Source of the DNA: a virus | Lineage: Duplodnaviria > Caudoviricetes | DNA: 38,356 nt | Direction: 5' to 3' (one strand) | IMG/VR virus record: IMGVR_UViG_3300009154_000120 | Location: 1-38,356 of that record | Shown here: positions 20,009 through 28,291 of the stretch, piece by piece | Numbering within the stretch: the stretch's first letter is position 1 | Layout: every line of letters starts with the position of its first letter | The notes under the pieces: generated by a model | What the model saw: only the letters and a program-made list of their open reading frames with translations | Told to the model about the DNA's origin: nothing | Databases searched by the model: none | Translations under genes and position numbers: made by a program

Positions 20009-21366
20009 TATGCAGTCTCCAATAAATCATTTTTAACAATTTCAAGTGACATGGTATGCTGTGGTCTATCACCCATTAAAATAATATGTCTTAATCTAGT
20101 AATTAAATAATTACCACTATCAAGTCGGGACACACCTGTCTGGTCATCAAAACTTGAGGAAGATGGAAATGTACATTTGATCATGTCACCAACAGTAAGT
20201 TCGCTGTCACCATAGATATGAATTTGAGTAATATTCTGTGTTAAATATTGTAAAAAAGCTTGTCGTGATGCAAATGCTTCTGTCAGAGGTGTTTTAGAGC
20301 GTTTTGAAAAAATTGGTAATAGATTGAATGTAGTTGGGCGTTTAGTCTTACCAGCCGCACGAACTTCGCTTGTGCTGTTTGGCGCTGCACCATTTTCATC
20401 CATCTTTTGGAATTTATCATTGCCAATATTTGCAACATATACTGCTTGTTTTTGCCCAGCGGATTGCATATCAACAGTTGTTGCAGTGCCAGAAAAAGAA
20501 CCACCAGTTCTTTTAGAGATAGCAGTGGCTTGTCCAACTTGATTATATGCAATAATATTACGAATATTCACATCTTCAATTCGTTCTTTTCTTGCAGTGT
20601 CATAAAAGAATTCTTTGTCTGAAAGACCTTGAGACAGTTGCTTTCTTCCCTGTTCAATTAGCTTTTCATATGTGGTAAAGTGATAGCCATGTCTGTTTTC
20701 AAAGAATACATATGCATGAGATAGATATCTATCAGATATTGAATACTCTAAAAATGAGTGAATTGCTTTGAATGGTTCAAGATTAAAAACAGGATATTCA
20801 TCAACCCCCACCGTTTTATCAATTTCGACCTTCTTCTTTGTTCCAATCTTCTCATCCATAATATTCTTTACAATATTTGAAATATTATCATTGAAATCCT
20901 TATCAACAAATACGTCTGCATTGGTTACTAATTCAACGCTTATACATTGAAGTGTGCAAGTCATTGTTTTTTGGTTTTCATTAGGAACTCTGTTTTTTAC
21001 TTCATTAACATGAAAAACATACTGCGTAGGATTACCAGGATTGTTTGGAGTCTCAAATGAAAGTGTTATAATTTCTTCTAATATGATAGGAAAGTCTTGA
21101 TAAATGCGTCTACTGTCTGCAATGTTTATTTCACAGAAAATGCCCGGAACATGAATGCTTTCAAAAATATCAATACTTGTACATACACCAATTAACGTTT
21201 CTTTACGCTGATGATCTTTACTAGACAAAGTAATATCAATAATTTTAATATCTCCAGCGACAACATCAACATCAGCGCCTTTGTCTACAATAATAGGCTG
21301 TGAAGCAGCTATACTACTTCGCATAATATCTTCAACGCCCTGAAATACGTCTTTAATAAAACTCAT
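20008..21366 (-). CDS. Baseplate hub protein (gp27 / late control D-like)
   Basis: SIDIFESI...G, YVFFEN-x-x-GYHF and I-x-I-x-GD-x-x-L-x-VGD-x-I...SGNYLIT-x-LRH; lies between gp53 and gp5. Confidence 0.8.
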   Translation of the reverse strand: MSFIKDVFQGVEDIMRSSIAASQPIIVDKGADVDVVAGDIKIIDITLSSKDHQRKETLIGVCTSIDIFESIHVPGIFCEINIADSRRIYQDFPIILEEIITLSFETPNNPGNPTQYVFHVNEVKNRVPNENQKTMTCTLQCISVELVTNADVFVDKDFNDNISNIVKNIMDEKIGTKKKVEIDKTVGVDEYPVFNLEPFKAIHSFLEYSISDRYLSHAYVFFENRHGYHFTTYEKLIEQGRKQLSQGLSDKEFFYDTARKERIEDVNIRNIIAYNQVGQATAISKRTGGSFSGTATTVDMQSAGQKQAVYVANIGNDKFQKMDENGAAPNSTSEVRAAGKTKRPTTFNLLPIFSKRSKTPLTEAFASRQAFLQYLTQNITQIHIYGDSELTVGDMIKCTFPSSSSFDDQTGVSRLDSGNYLITRLRHIILMGDRPQHTMSLEIVKNDLLETA

Positions 21367-22208
21367 TAATTAATACTCATCAATCTTTTAAGTTCTGATT
21401 CCGCTTGACCCTTATAACGAGAATCGAGCAACTTAATTTGTTTTTTACCTTCATTTATTTCACGTTCATAATCATAATATGTAATTGCCTCCCAATAGGC
21501 AGAATCAGTAAATGCAATTGTTTCTACAAGAGTATTTACCGAAGCAACCCTGCCATATGCGCCGCTATCCTGACCAGTAATTGTATTTCCAACTTGAAAT
21601 GATCCATTGACATGCTGACAAGTAACTGTTGTGCCATCGACAAGTGTGACAAATGCATAGTTAGTGCCATTTACTTGAATTTCTTCTCCAACTGTAAAGT
21701 TTCCATTGACAGTTGCCAAAGTCATTGTCACAATTTTATTTGTGTTTGTGATATCTGGGTCAGCTTTTATTTTATATTGATTTACATTTCCATTAATATC
21801 TAAAATTGGATCATAATATTTCATAAAACGAGGAATTAATGAATTATATGCCGAAACGCTGATGCGTGTATCGCTATTGTATATAGTTCTATAATAGACA
21901 ATCTTTCTCATTGCCTTTGCAGTGCTGCCGTACTTATTGATTATATAATTATTAAAGTTTTCTTCAGTCATAGTCATTGAATAATATGGATCGATTGTAT
22001 TATTTGACATCCATATCAGCCATGTGTAATTAGGACTATCATAATAATGATGAGATAGCGTATCAGCACGATCAGTTTCATCCATGATATATGGATAAAA
22101 CGCTGTCTTATTTTTCATAGTACTATTAGATAGCTTTGCACGAGCTAGCAAGTTCTTTGCTACCTGACCATTGTAAATGATTGTTGGAATTTTGTTAAAA
22201 TAATTCAT
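21366..22208 (-). CDS. gp53: Baseplate wedge protein gp53
   Basis: YFNKIPTI-x-Y; LysM-like DRADTLS-x-x-YY-x-x-P-x-Y-x-WLI-x-x-x-N-x-x-IDPY; YDYE-x-x-x-NE-x-K-x-x-IKLL. Confidence 0.9.
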   Translation of the reverse strand: MNYFNKIPTIIYNGQVAKNLLARAKLSNSTMKNKTAFYPYIMDETDRADTLSHHYYDSPNYTWLIWMSNNTIDPYYSMTMTEENFNNYIINKYGSTAKAMRKIVYYRTIYNSDTRISVSAYNSLIPRFMKYYDPILDINGNVNQYKIKADPDITNTNKIVTMTLATVNGNFTVGEEIQVNGTNYAFVTLVDGTTVTCQHVNGSFQVGNTITGQDSGAYGRVASVNTLVETIAFTDSAYWEAITYYDYEREINEGKKQIKLLDSRYKGQAESELKRLMSIN

Positions 22209-23195
22209 TTATAGTTGCCACCCAGCCGTGTTTGAACTAAATTTTTCTATACTAAATGCTGACGCAACATCAGCAACAGTTTCTCCAATTGCCTGTATTA
22301 AATTAACGCCTTTTCTATCACTTCCCCAATCGCTTGAAAGCATATATTCAATTTCACTAAATCCAATTGAAATTCTAATAGCAACAGGCATAGTATTTTT
22401 AAAGAAGCCAGGCGCATTTGACGGATTATAATCTACGCTCACATTATTCATTACGCACTTTTTAATTTTGATAATGCCATTTTCACCCCATCCCCAATCA
22501 CCAGATGGATTTACTCCGTCCCATGGGAAAAAATTTATTTGTACTATGTCTGGATAGTTAAGAATTGCGCCTGATTGAGTTATTTTATTTGATGGTAATG
22601 ATGCTTGCTTAAGAACCTTGATGATAGTTTGTATATTTGCACTTTCATTTTCTCTTGTTGGAAAAAATGTCCATGTTAATTGAAATTCACGGAGATTTGG
22701 GCCTTGGAAAGCAACAGATGGATTTGGGTTTGGCGCAGCCTTAACTAATTGTTCAAATGCAGTTTGAATTTTATCAGCAGGAAAAGCATTTTCTGCACCT
22801 TGCTGAACTGCTCCACCTAATATATCTCCTAATGATGCAGTTCCACCCATTGCTTCTACTGCCGTGCCGACAGCAGCGCCAGCACCTTTACTAAGTAATC
22901 CTGATGCAAACGCACCAACATTTCTTCCTGCAATACCAGCAAATCCACTACCAACATTTCCATTGACAAAATCACCAACAGAATCTAACTCAACCCCACT
23001 ATATTTTACAGAAGTATCATCATGCAAAATATCTGGTAATGGTAAATTAATCATTGTTTTTATGTCCCATTTAGATGGTCTAAATGGAGTTGGTCTTAAG
23101 TAAGGACCAATACTCAGGCGGCAATAATATTTGCCAAGCATTGAGTTTTTTGGACCTTTTGGAGGATTGTCATCAGGAGAAATTGTTGTTGCCAT
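22209..23195 (-). CDS. gp48: Baseplate tail tube cap gp48
   Basis: INLPLP, NP-x-x-x-x-x-FQGP-x-LREFQ-x-x-W-x-F-x-P-x-x-x-x-ES and C-x-x-x-NVSVDY-x-P...F-x-EIE. Start moved to ATG 23195 (MATTISP), right after the upstream stop. Confidence 0.85.
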   Translation of the reverse strand: MATTISPDDNPPKGPKNSMLGKYYCRLSIGPYLRPTPFRPSKWDIKTMINLPLPDILHDDTSVKYSGVELDSVGDFVNGNVGSGFAGIAGRNVGAFASGLLSKGAGAAVGTAVEAMGGTASLGDILGGAVQQGAENAFPADKIQTAFEQLVKAAPNPNPSVAFQGPNLREFQLTWTFFPTRENESANIQTIIKVLKQASLPSNKITQSGAILNYPDIVQINFFPWDGVNPSGDWGWGENGIIKIKKCVMNNVSVDYNPSNAPGFFKNTMPVAIRISIGFSEIEYMLSSDWGSDRKGVNLIQAIGETVADVASAFSIEKFSSNTAGWQL

Positions 23196-23196
23196 C

Positions 23197-23592
23197 TTAT
23201 ATCGCCGTAAATGAAATAAATTCTTGGTTGCTCTTTGCATTAGCAACCTTAGTCTGTGGATTGGCATCATTCATATAAGACTGTGCACTTTCATTCCCTG
23301 TTCTGCGAAGTGCAGGAAGACCGCCAGCAGCAACCCTTGATGGAGATTTGCCAGCAATTGCAAAGTATTCATCTGATGAACCTGATAGAATAGTATCAGT
23401 TTTTTGTGTTGAGAATGCTTCTACACTATCAAATGATGCACCAATATTAAATAGTGACTGTGCTGTATTCTTAGCAATAAGTTGTGCATTACGTGCACCA
23501 CCAGAAATAGCAGTAGTTGTTGCGTTGTCAACTACACGTCCTGTAAAACTTTTTGATGTGCTTTTGACAAAATTGCTTACATTGAAAGCCAT
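23197..23592 (-). CDS. Hypothetical late protein (131 aa)
   Basis: AAGGA RBS, first gene after a TATAAATA promoter, abuts gp48. Confidence 0.75.
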   Translation of the reverse strand: MAFNVSNFVKSTSKSFTGRVVDNATTTAISGGARNAQLIAKNTAQSLFNIGASFDSVEAFSTQKTDTILSGSSDEYFAIAGKSPSRVAAGGLPALRRTGNESAQSYMNDANPQTKVANAKSNQEFISFTAI

Positions 23593-23614
23593 TGTCTAAT
23601 CCTTAAAAATGTTT

Positions 23615-23641
23615 GATAAATATACTCATGATGTATTTATA
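23615..23641. promoter_or_regulatory. Divergent late promoter pair: GATAAATA (+, 23615-23622) and TATAAATA (-, 23634-23641)
   Basis: T4 late consensus on each strand at the strand-switch point between the two late operons. Confidence 0.7.
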
Positions 23642-23679
23642 TGACTTTTTTAGAAGTCAATAAAATAAATGGAAGTAAT

Positions 23680-24120
23680 ATGGCATATAAAGGACCGTTT
23701 CAACCAAAGAATCCAGCTAAATATAAAGGCGACCCTACTAAGATTATTTATCGTTCGCGCTGGGAATTAATGGTGATGCAAAGACTTGATAGTCATCCTG
23801 ATGTTTTACAATGGTCTTCTGAAGAGGTTGTAATACCCTATGTTAGTCCTATTGATAATAGATATCATAGGTACTTTATGGACTTTTATATGAAGCGTAA
23901 GAATAAACAAGGTAAGATCGAAGAAATATTGATTGAAGTCAAGCCTCTTGCTCAAACAAAGCCACCTACTGTTCAGAATAAACCAACAAAGCGTTATATT
24001 ACTGAAGTTCAAACATGGGGTGTCAATTCCGCTAAGTGGGAGGCGGCTCGTGAATACTGTAAAGATCGTGGATGGCAATTTCAGATCATAACCGAAAAAG
24101 AATTAGGACTGACCTTTTAG
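23680..24120 (+). CDS. gp4: Head completion nuclease gp4 (TnsA-like fold)
   Basis: MAYKG-x-F-x-PKNP-x-KYKGD...YRSRWE...WSSEE-x-x-IPY...HRYF-x-DF...IEVKP...N-x-AKWEAA; start moved to ATG 23680. Confidence 0.95.
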   Translation: MAYKGPFQPKNPAKYKGDPTKIIYRSRWELMVMQRLDSHPDVLQWSSEEVVIPYVSPIDNRYHRYFMDFYMKRKNKQGKIEEILIEVKPLAQTKPPTVQNKPTKRYITEVQTWGVNSAKWEAAREYCKDRGWQFQIITEKELGLTF

Positions 24121-24128
24121 GAATTTAA

Positions 24129-24734
24129 ATGGCAAACATTTTTGATAAAGTATTGGACGATGGCGTAAGACGTGGGATGATTCCTGCGAAGACTGAGGCT
24201 GCTCGTAAATGGTACAGAGATGCTGCACAGGAATATACTCGCTATCGTGGCGAAGTAGGTCTTATGCGTTCAAACACCAATCGTCTCACTAGGCGTATTA
24301 GACCAGGCAATATGTATATGTACTTCTATGATGCCAAGACAAAGGATGATCTACCATATTGGGATAGATTTCCAATGATATTTCCATTTCGTGTACAATC
24401 GGATAGATTTTGGGGCATAAATCTCCATTATCTTCCTTTGCTATATCGTGCTAAGCTAATGGATGCTTTGTATCAAACTAGAACAAATAGTCGTTATGAT
24501 GAAACAACAAAACTTCGTATTAACTATCAAATTTTACAAAGTGCTGCAAAATTTAGATACTTTGAGCCTTGTGTCAAGCAATATCTTTTCTCACAGATGA
24601 AATCACAATTCTTTTATATACAGCCTGAAGAATGGGATGTTGCTCTATTCCTACCACTCGAAAGATTCCAGAAAGCAACTAAAACACAAGTATTTGCTGA
24701 ATCAAGAAGAAAGATTGCTGGAGGAGGCAGATAA
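24129..24734 (+). CDS. gp2: DNA end protector protein gp2
   Basis: PG-x-MY-x-Y-x-YDAKTK-x-x-LPYWDRFP...G-x-NLHYLP...C-x-K-x-YL...LP-x-ERF. Confidence 0.95.
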   Translation: MANIFDKVLDDGVRRGMIPAKTEAARKWYRDAAQEYTRYRGEVGLMRSNTNRLTRRIRPGNMYMYFYDAKTKDDLPYWDRFPMIFPFRVQSDRFWGINLHYLPLLYRAKLMDALYQTRTNSRYDETTKLRINYQILQSAAKFRYFEPCVKQYLFSQMKSQFFYIQPEEWDVALFLPLERFQKATKTQVFAESRRKIAGGGR

Positions 24735-25468
24735 TGCATAACATTAAGGACTTCAGATCAGAAATTAATAAAAACGGCATAATAAAACCTAATAGGTTTA
24801 TGGTCAACTTTAGACCACCAAATACATTAAAAGGTAGATCAACTAAAGAAGTTATATTGCGTTGTGAAGCACTTCAATGGCCCGGCGTATCATTTACTAC
24901 ATTAGATGCGCCGCCAAGAGCAGGATATGGTGCAGGTGAAGTCATTCCTTTTGCTCCAATTTTTGAAGATATTACATTAAGCTTTATTGTCGATAAAAAT
25001 TCAGATATACATAAATTCTTCTTTAATTGGATTAATAGTGTAATTAATCTTCGTAGTGAAGGGCAATCAAGATTTAAAGATGGCGCATTTGAAGTTGGCT
25101 ATAAGGATGATTATTCAACTGACATAAATATCAGCGTATATAACGAAACTGGAACCTCAGATGAAGGAGGCGATAGTCCTATGACGGCAACTCTTTATAG
25201 AGCATATCCAAGGGCATTGCCGGGGTTTGATTTGAATTGGAATATTACTGATGAAATGTTGAGATTGCCAGTTCAGTTTACATATACTGATTATTTTATT
25301 ACGTATCGTTCAGACACTCCTGTGGAACAAAAAAATGAACCGAAAATGAGAACTCAACAATCACTACCAGCAAAAACACCATCGGTTCGAATTGGTACAC
25401 AATTACCACCTCCATTTGAAGGTGGCGGCGGTAGCTTTGGCGGTGGCGGTGCTAGTGGAAGTTTTTAA
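24734..25468 (+). CDS. gp54: Baseplate tail tube initiator gp54 (gp19-like fold)
   Basis: G-x-x-KPNRF-x-V, LRCE-x-x-x-x-PG, ITLSF...FF-x-W, Y-x-DDY, AYP and V-x-FTY; synteny gp2-gp54-gp26. Confidence 0.8.
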   Translation: MHNIKDFRSEINKNGIIKPNRFMVNFRPPNTLKGRSTKEVILRCEALQWPGVSFTTLDAPPRAGYGAGEVIPFAPIFEDITLSFIVDKNSDIHKFFFNWINSVINLRSEGQSRFKDGAFEVGYKDDYSTDINISVYNETGTSDEGGDSPMTATLYRAYPRALPGFDLNWNITDEMLRLPVQFTYTDYFITYRSDTPVEQKNEPKMRTQQSLPAKTPSVRIGTQLPPPFEGGGGSFGGGGASGSF

Positions 25469-25487
25469 TTAAAAGTGAGGAAAGATT

Positions 25488-26195
25488 ATGACATTACCTA
25501 AAATACAAAAACCATTATTTGATCTATTTGTACCATCAATGAATAAGTCAGTAAGAGCACGTCCATTTGTCGTGCGTGAAGAAAAAATTCTATTGACTGC
25601 CCAACAATCTGGTAACGAAAAAGATATTGTCCTTGCAATCAAGCAAGTTTTAAACAATTGTATTGTTGATGAATTCAATGTTGATGATTTGGCTACATTT
25701 GATTTGGAATATATGTTTCTTAAGTTACGTTCACGTTCAGTAAGTAATGTGATTGATGTATCTTATCGTGATAACGAAGATGATAAAGTATATGATTTTC
25801 AAATCGACTTGGATGAAGTCGAACTTAAAATTGAAAAGGATATCTCAAACATCATCAAGGTCACTGATACCATTGGTATTAAGATGAAGTATCCATCAGT
25901 CACTATTCTTGATAATGTTCCAGAAACTGATAATACTAGTGATATAGTTGATTATCTTATCAAGAGTTGTGTTGACCAGATTTTTGATGAAGATAGTGTA
26001 TATCCTGCTAGTGATCATACAGACGAAGAACTTAATGAGTTTCTTGATAGTATTGATATTGAAACATTTAATAAAATTCGTGATTTTTTTGAAAATCTTC
26101 CGCAAATGTACCATAAGCTTGAATATACCAATTCTAACGGCAATGTTCGTACAATTGAACTTACTACGTTAAGTGATTTTTTTATCTGGGGCTGA
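25488..26195 (+). CDS. gp26: Baseplate hub assembly protein gp26-like
   Basis: MTLPKI-x-x-P...RPFVVREEKILL...DLEYMFLKLRSRSV...I-x-MKYP...I-x-x-FF-x-x-x-P...L-x-x-L-x-DFF. Confidence 0.9.
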   Translation: MTLPKIQKPLFDLFVPSMNKSVRARPFVVREEKILLTAQQSGNEKDIVLAIKQVLNNCIVDEFNVDDLATFDLEYMFLKLRSRSVSNVIDVSYRDNEDDKVYDFQIDLDEVELKIEKDISNIIKVTDTIGIKMKYPSVTILDNVPETDNTSDIVDYLIKSCVDQIFDEDSVYPASDHTDEELNEFLDSIDIETFNKIRDFFENLPQMYHKLEYTNSNGNVRTIELTTLSDFFIWG

Positions 26196-26362
26196 GCCAT
26201 AATACTCTTACAAACTATTATACAACTACGTTTGCATTGGTTCAGCACCACAAATATTCTATTACTGAAGTTGAAGATTTGATGCCTTATGAAAGAGATT
26301 TGTATGTAGATATGTTATTAATACATCTTGAAAAAGAAAAAGAAGAGATGAAAAAGGGATAA
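26177..26362 (+). CDS. gp51: gp51-like baseplate hub assembly peptide (no ATG start; probably reached by -1 frameshift from gp26)
   Basis: Not in the ORF track. The -1 frame relative to gp26 reads FFYLGLSHNTLTNYYTTTFALVQHHKYSITEVEDLMPYERDLYVDMLLIHLEKEKEEMKKG*. The NYY-x-x-x-FAL-x-QHHKYS-x-x-E-x-E-x-x-x-P-x-ER-x-x-Y motif matches the short gp51 annotated in T4-like cyanophages and relatives. Confidence 0.85.
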   Translation, partial: FFYLGLSHNTLTNYYTTTFALVQHHKYSITEVEDLMPYERDLYVDMLLIHLEKEKEEMKKG

Positions 26363-26368
26363 TATCAC

Positions 26369-28291
26369 TTGGCTGAAAAATCTGGCCCTAAAAAACCTAA
26401 AATGGATCGTAATAGCCCTGAATACAAGGAAAAACTTGAAAGCAGGGTGAAAAGACGTGACGATTATAGGAAAAAAAGAGATAAGAACAAACTAAAAAAG
26501 AATTTTGCTGAGCGTATGCTGGGCGCGTATGGGTTTGGGGAAGAGAATTTTAAAAAAGGCGGTCTTATTAAAGGCAAGCTTGGTTTGTTTGCTGGTGCTA
26601 TGCAGCAAGGAAGAGAAGAAAGCGATACTTTTGCTCAACCTAAAATGGAAACTCCAAAGGTTGAACGCGAAAAACAAAATCCTAATATTTCAGTAATTAT
26701 GGAGCAATTAAATTCTTTAATTGAAGTTGTCAAAAAAATTGGTGCAATTACTGAACAACAGCAAGAACAACTACAACAGCAATTTTCTCAAGCAGCGCGT
26801 AATTCTGAAGAAGCTTCCATGGAAAGAGGCAGTGGACCCAATGCATCTGGTCTTGGTGGACCTAATTTAAATTCCTTAAATGAAGAACTTGGCACTCTTA
26901 TAGAGAAGTCACTTAGACCATTTAAAAAAATTATTGATGAAAAAGTCGAAGAACAAGAAGAAGAGCAGGGACCAAAAGGTTTCATGCAAAGACTTGCTGA
27001 AAATTATGGTGTTGGTGATGAATATGAAAAATTTGCAAAGCGTAGAGCTGCTAAAGCCGCCAGAATAAAAACAAAACCTGGTTATAAAAGAATTTTAGGC
27101 AGAGATGGTAGAATAACTTATCGTGGTCCAAATGGTAGAATAGTTTCTGCTGCTGATGCCATTGCTGAAAAATCAAGCAAACTTGCAAAAGTTGGCGGCA
27201 TGGTTAAAAATGCTGGCGCAGGTCTTCTCAATATTGCCAAAAAAGCAACTAGTGGCGCTGGACGCATAGCATCAAAAATTAGTGGTGCTAGAATTGCATC
27301 AGGCATAGGTTCTGTAACAAAAAATATTTCTTCTTTGCTTGGTAAAGGTGTCAAAAGCGCAAATGTTGCTGCCAGTGCTGCAAGAAAAGTTGGTGCTTCT
27401 ACTATCAAACGTATTGCTGGTCCAATCATCAAAAAAGCACTAGGCTCTACTGTATTAAAATCAATTCCAATTATTGGCGGTGCTGTTGGTGGTCTGTTTG
27501 CTGCAAAAAAATTATTAGAAGGCGATCCTGTTGGTGCTGGTCTAGAAGCTGCATCTGGTCTTGGTGGACCAATCACAGCTATTCCAGCGTTGGTTGCTTC
27601 TGCTTCACGTGATACCTATTCTTCTGTTTTTGATGTTCAACCAGAACAAGACCCAATGTTTGGCATCAGAATGAAGCTCATTACTGGTGTAATTGGTGGA
27701 TTGGTAACTGCATATTTTGCATCAAGAATAGAAAAGAAGCCAACACCAACAAAAGATAATATTGATAAAATTTCAATTCCACCAAAGCCAGCACAAAAAA
27801 CTGCGGGACAAACTGCAACTGGTATGCCAGCAATTCCAAATGCGCCAGCACCATCTCCTGCTAAATCAACATCGCCTTCGACTCCAACTTCAACACCAAC
27901 TCCAAATTCAACACCAACTCCAAATTCAACTTCGTCTTCTAGCACATCAAGTTCTGCCACAAAAAAAAGCACGTCTGAATCAAAAAAACAAGTTGCGGCT
28001 AGTAACGATAAAAATGATGCGGTAAAAAAGGAATCCAGTAAAGCTCAAAGTATGGTCAATAACGCTCCTAATACTGGTGCGGATATTTCTAAGATGACTG
28101 CTGAAGTTGAAGCTGCTGTAAATCAACCAAATGTTATTGATCTTAGTAGTAAGCGTCCATTACCTTCAAGTGCACCACCATCAAAAAGTGGTGTGTCTGG
28201 TGCAGGAAATGTACCTGATCCAAATTATTATGGTATGGGTGAAGTTTTCACACAAATGTACTTTAACCCTAATCCGATTACGCTAACATGA
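26369..28291 (+). CDS. Tape-measure-like / gp29-like baseplate hub protein, part 1
   Basis: TTG start; helical, Ala/Gly/Lys-rich; LKSIPIIGGAVGGLFAAKKLLEGD-x-x-GAGLE motif seen in T4-like tape measures; Pro/Ser/Thr-rich tail; follows gp26/51. Confidence 0.7.
   Translation: MAEKSGPKKPKMDRNSPEYKEKLESRVKRRDDYRKKRDKNKLKKNFAERMLGAYGFGEENFKKGGLIKGKLGLFAGAMQQGREESDTFAQPKMETPKVEREKQNPNISVIMEQLNSLIEVVKKIGAITEQQQEQLQQQFSQAARNSEEASMERGSGPNASGLGGPNLNSLNEELGTLIEKSLRPFKKIIDEKVEEQEEEQGPKGFMQRLAENYGVGDEYEKFAKRRAAKAARIKTKPGYKRILGRDGRITYRGPNGRIVSAADAIAEKSSKLAKVGGMVKNAGAGLLNIAKKATSGAGRIASKISGARIASGIGSVTKNISSLLGKGVKSANVAASAARKVGASTIKRIAGPIIKKALGSTVLKSIPIIGGAVGGLFAAKKLLEGDPVGAGLEAASGLGGPITAIPALVASASRDTYSSVFDVQPEQDPMFGIRMKLITGVIGGLVTAYFASRIEKKPTPTKDNIDKISIPPKPAQKTAGQTATGMPAIPNAPAPSPAKSTSPSTPTSTPTPNSTPTPNSTSSSSTSSSATKKSTSESKKQVAASNDKNDAVKKESSKAQSMVNNAPNTGADISKMTAEVEAAVNQPNVIDLSSKRPLPSSAPPSKSGVSGAGNVPDPNYYGMGEVFTQMYFNPNPITLT
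27889..27930 (+). repeat. 18-bp tandem repeat TTCAACACCAACTCCAAA (about 2.3 copies) encoding STPTPN
   Basis: Copies start at 27889 and 27907, with a partial copy at 27925. Confidence 0.8.

Noticed and set aside
23196-23270. N-terminal extension of gp48 in the ORF track (and similarly of gp4, 33327, 33909 and 34625 ORFs)
   Set aside because: The extensions overlap neighbouring genes, promoters or RNA structures; downstream ATGs have better RBS or coupling.
1506-23599. Numerous + strand ORFs of 60-105 aa in the ORF track (e.g. 3726-4043, 18576-18890, 23348-23599)
   Set aside because: Antisense shadows of long, well-supported - strand genes, with no RBS or recognisable motifs.
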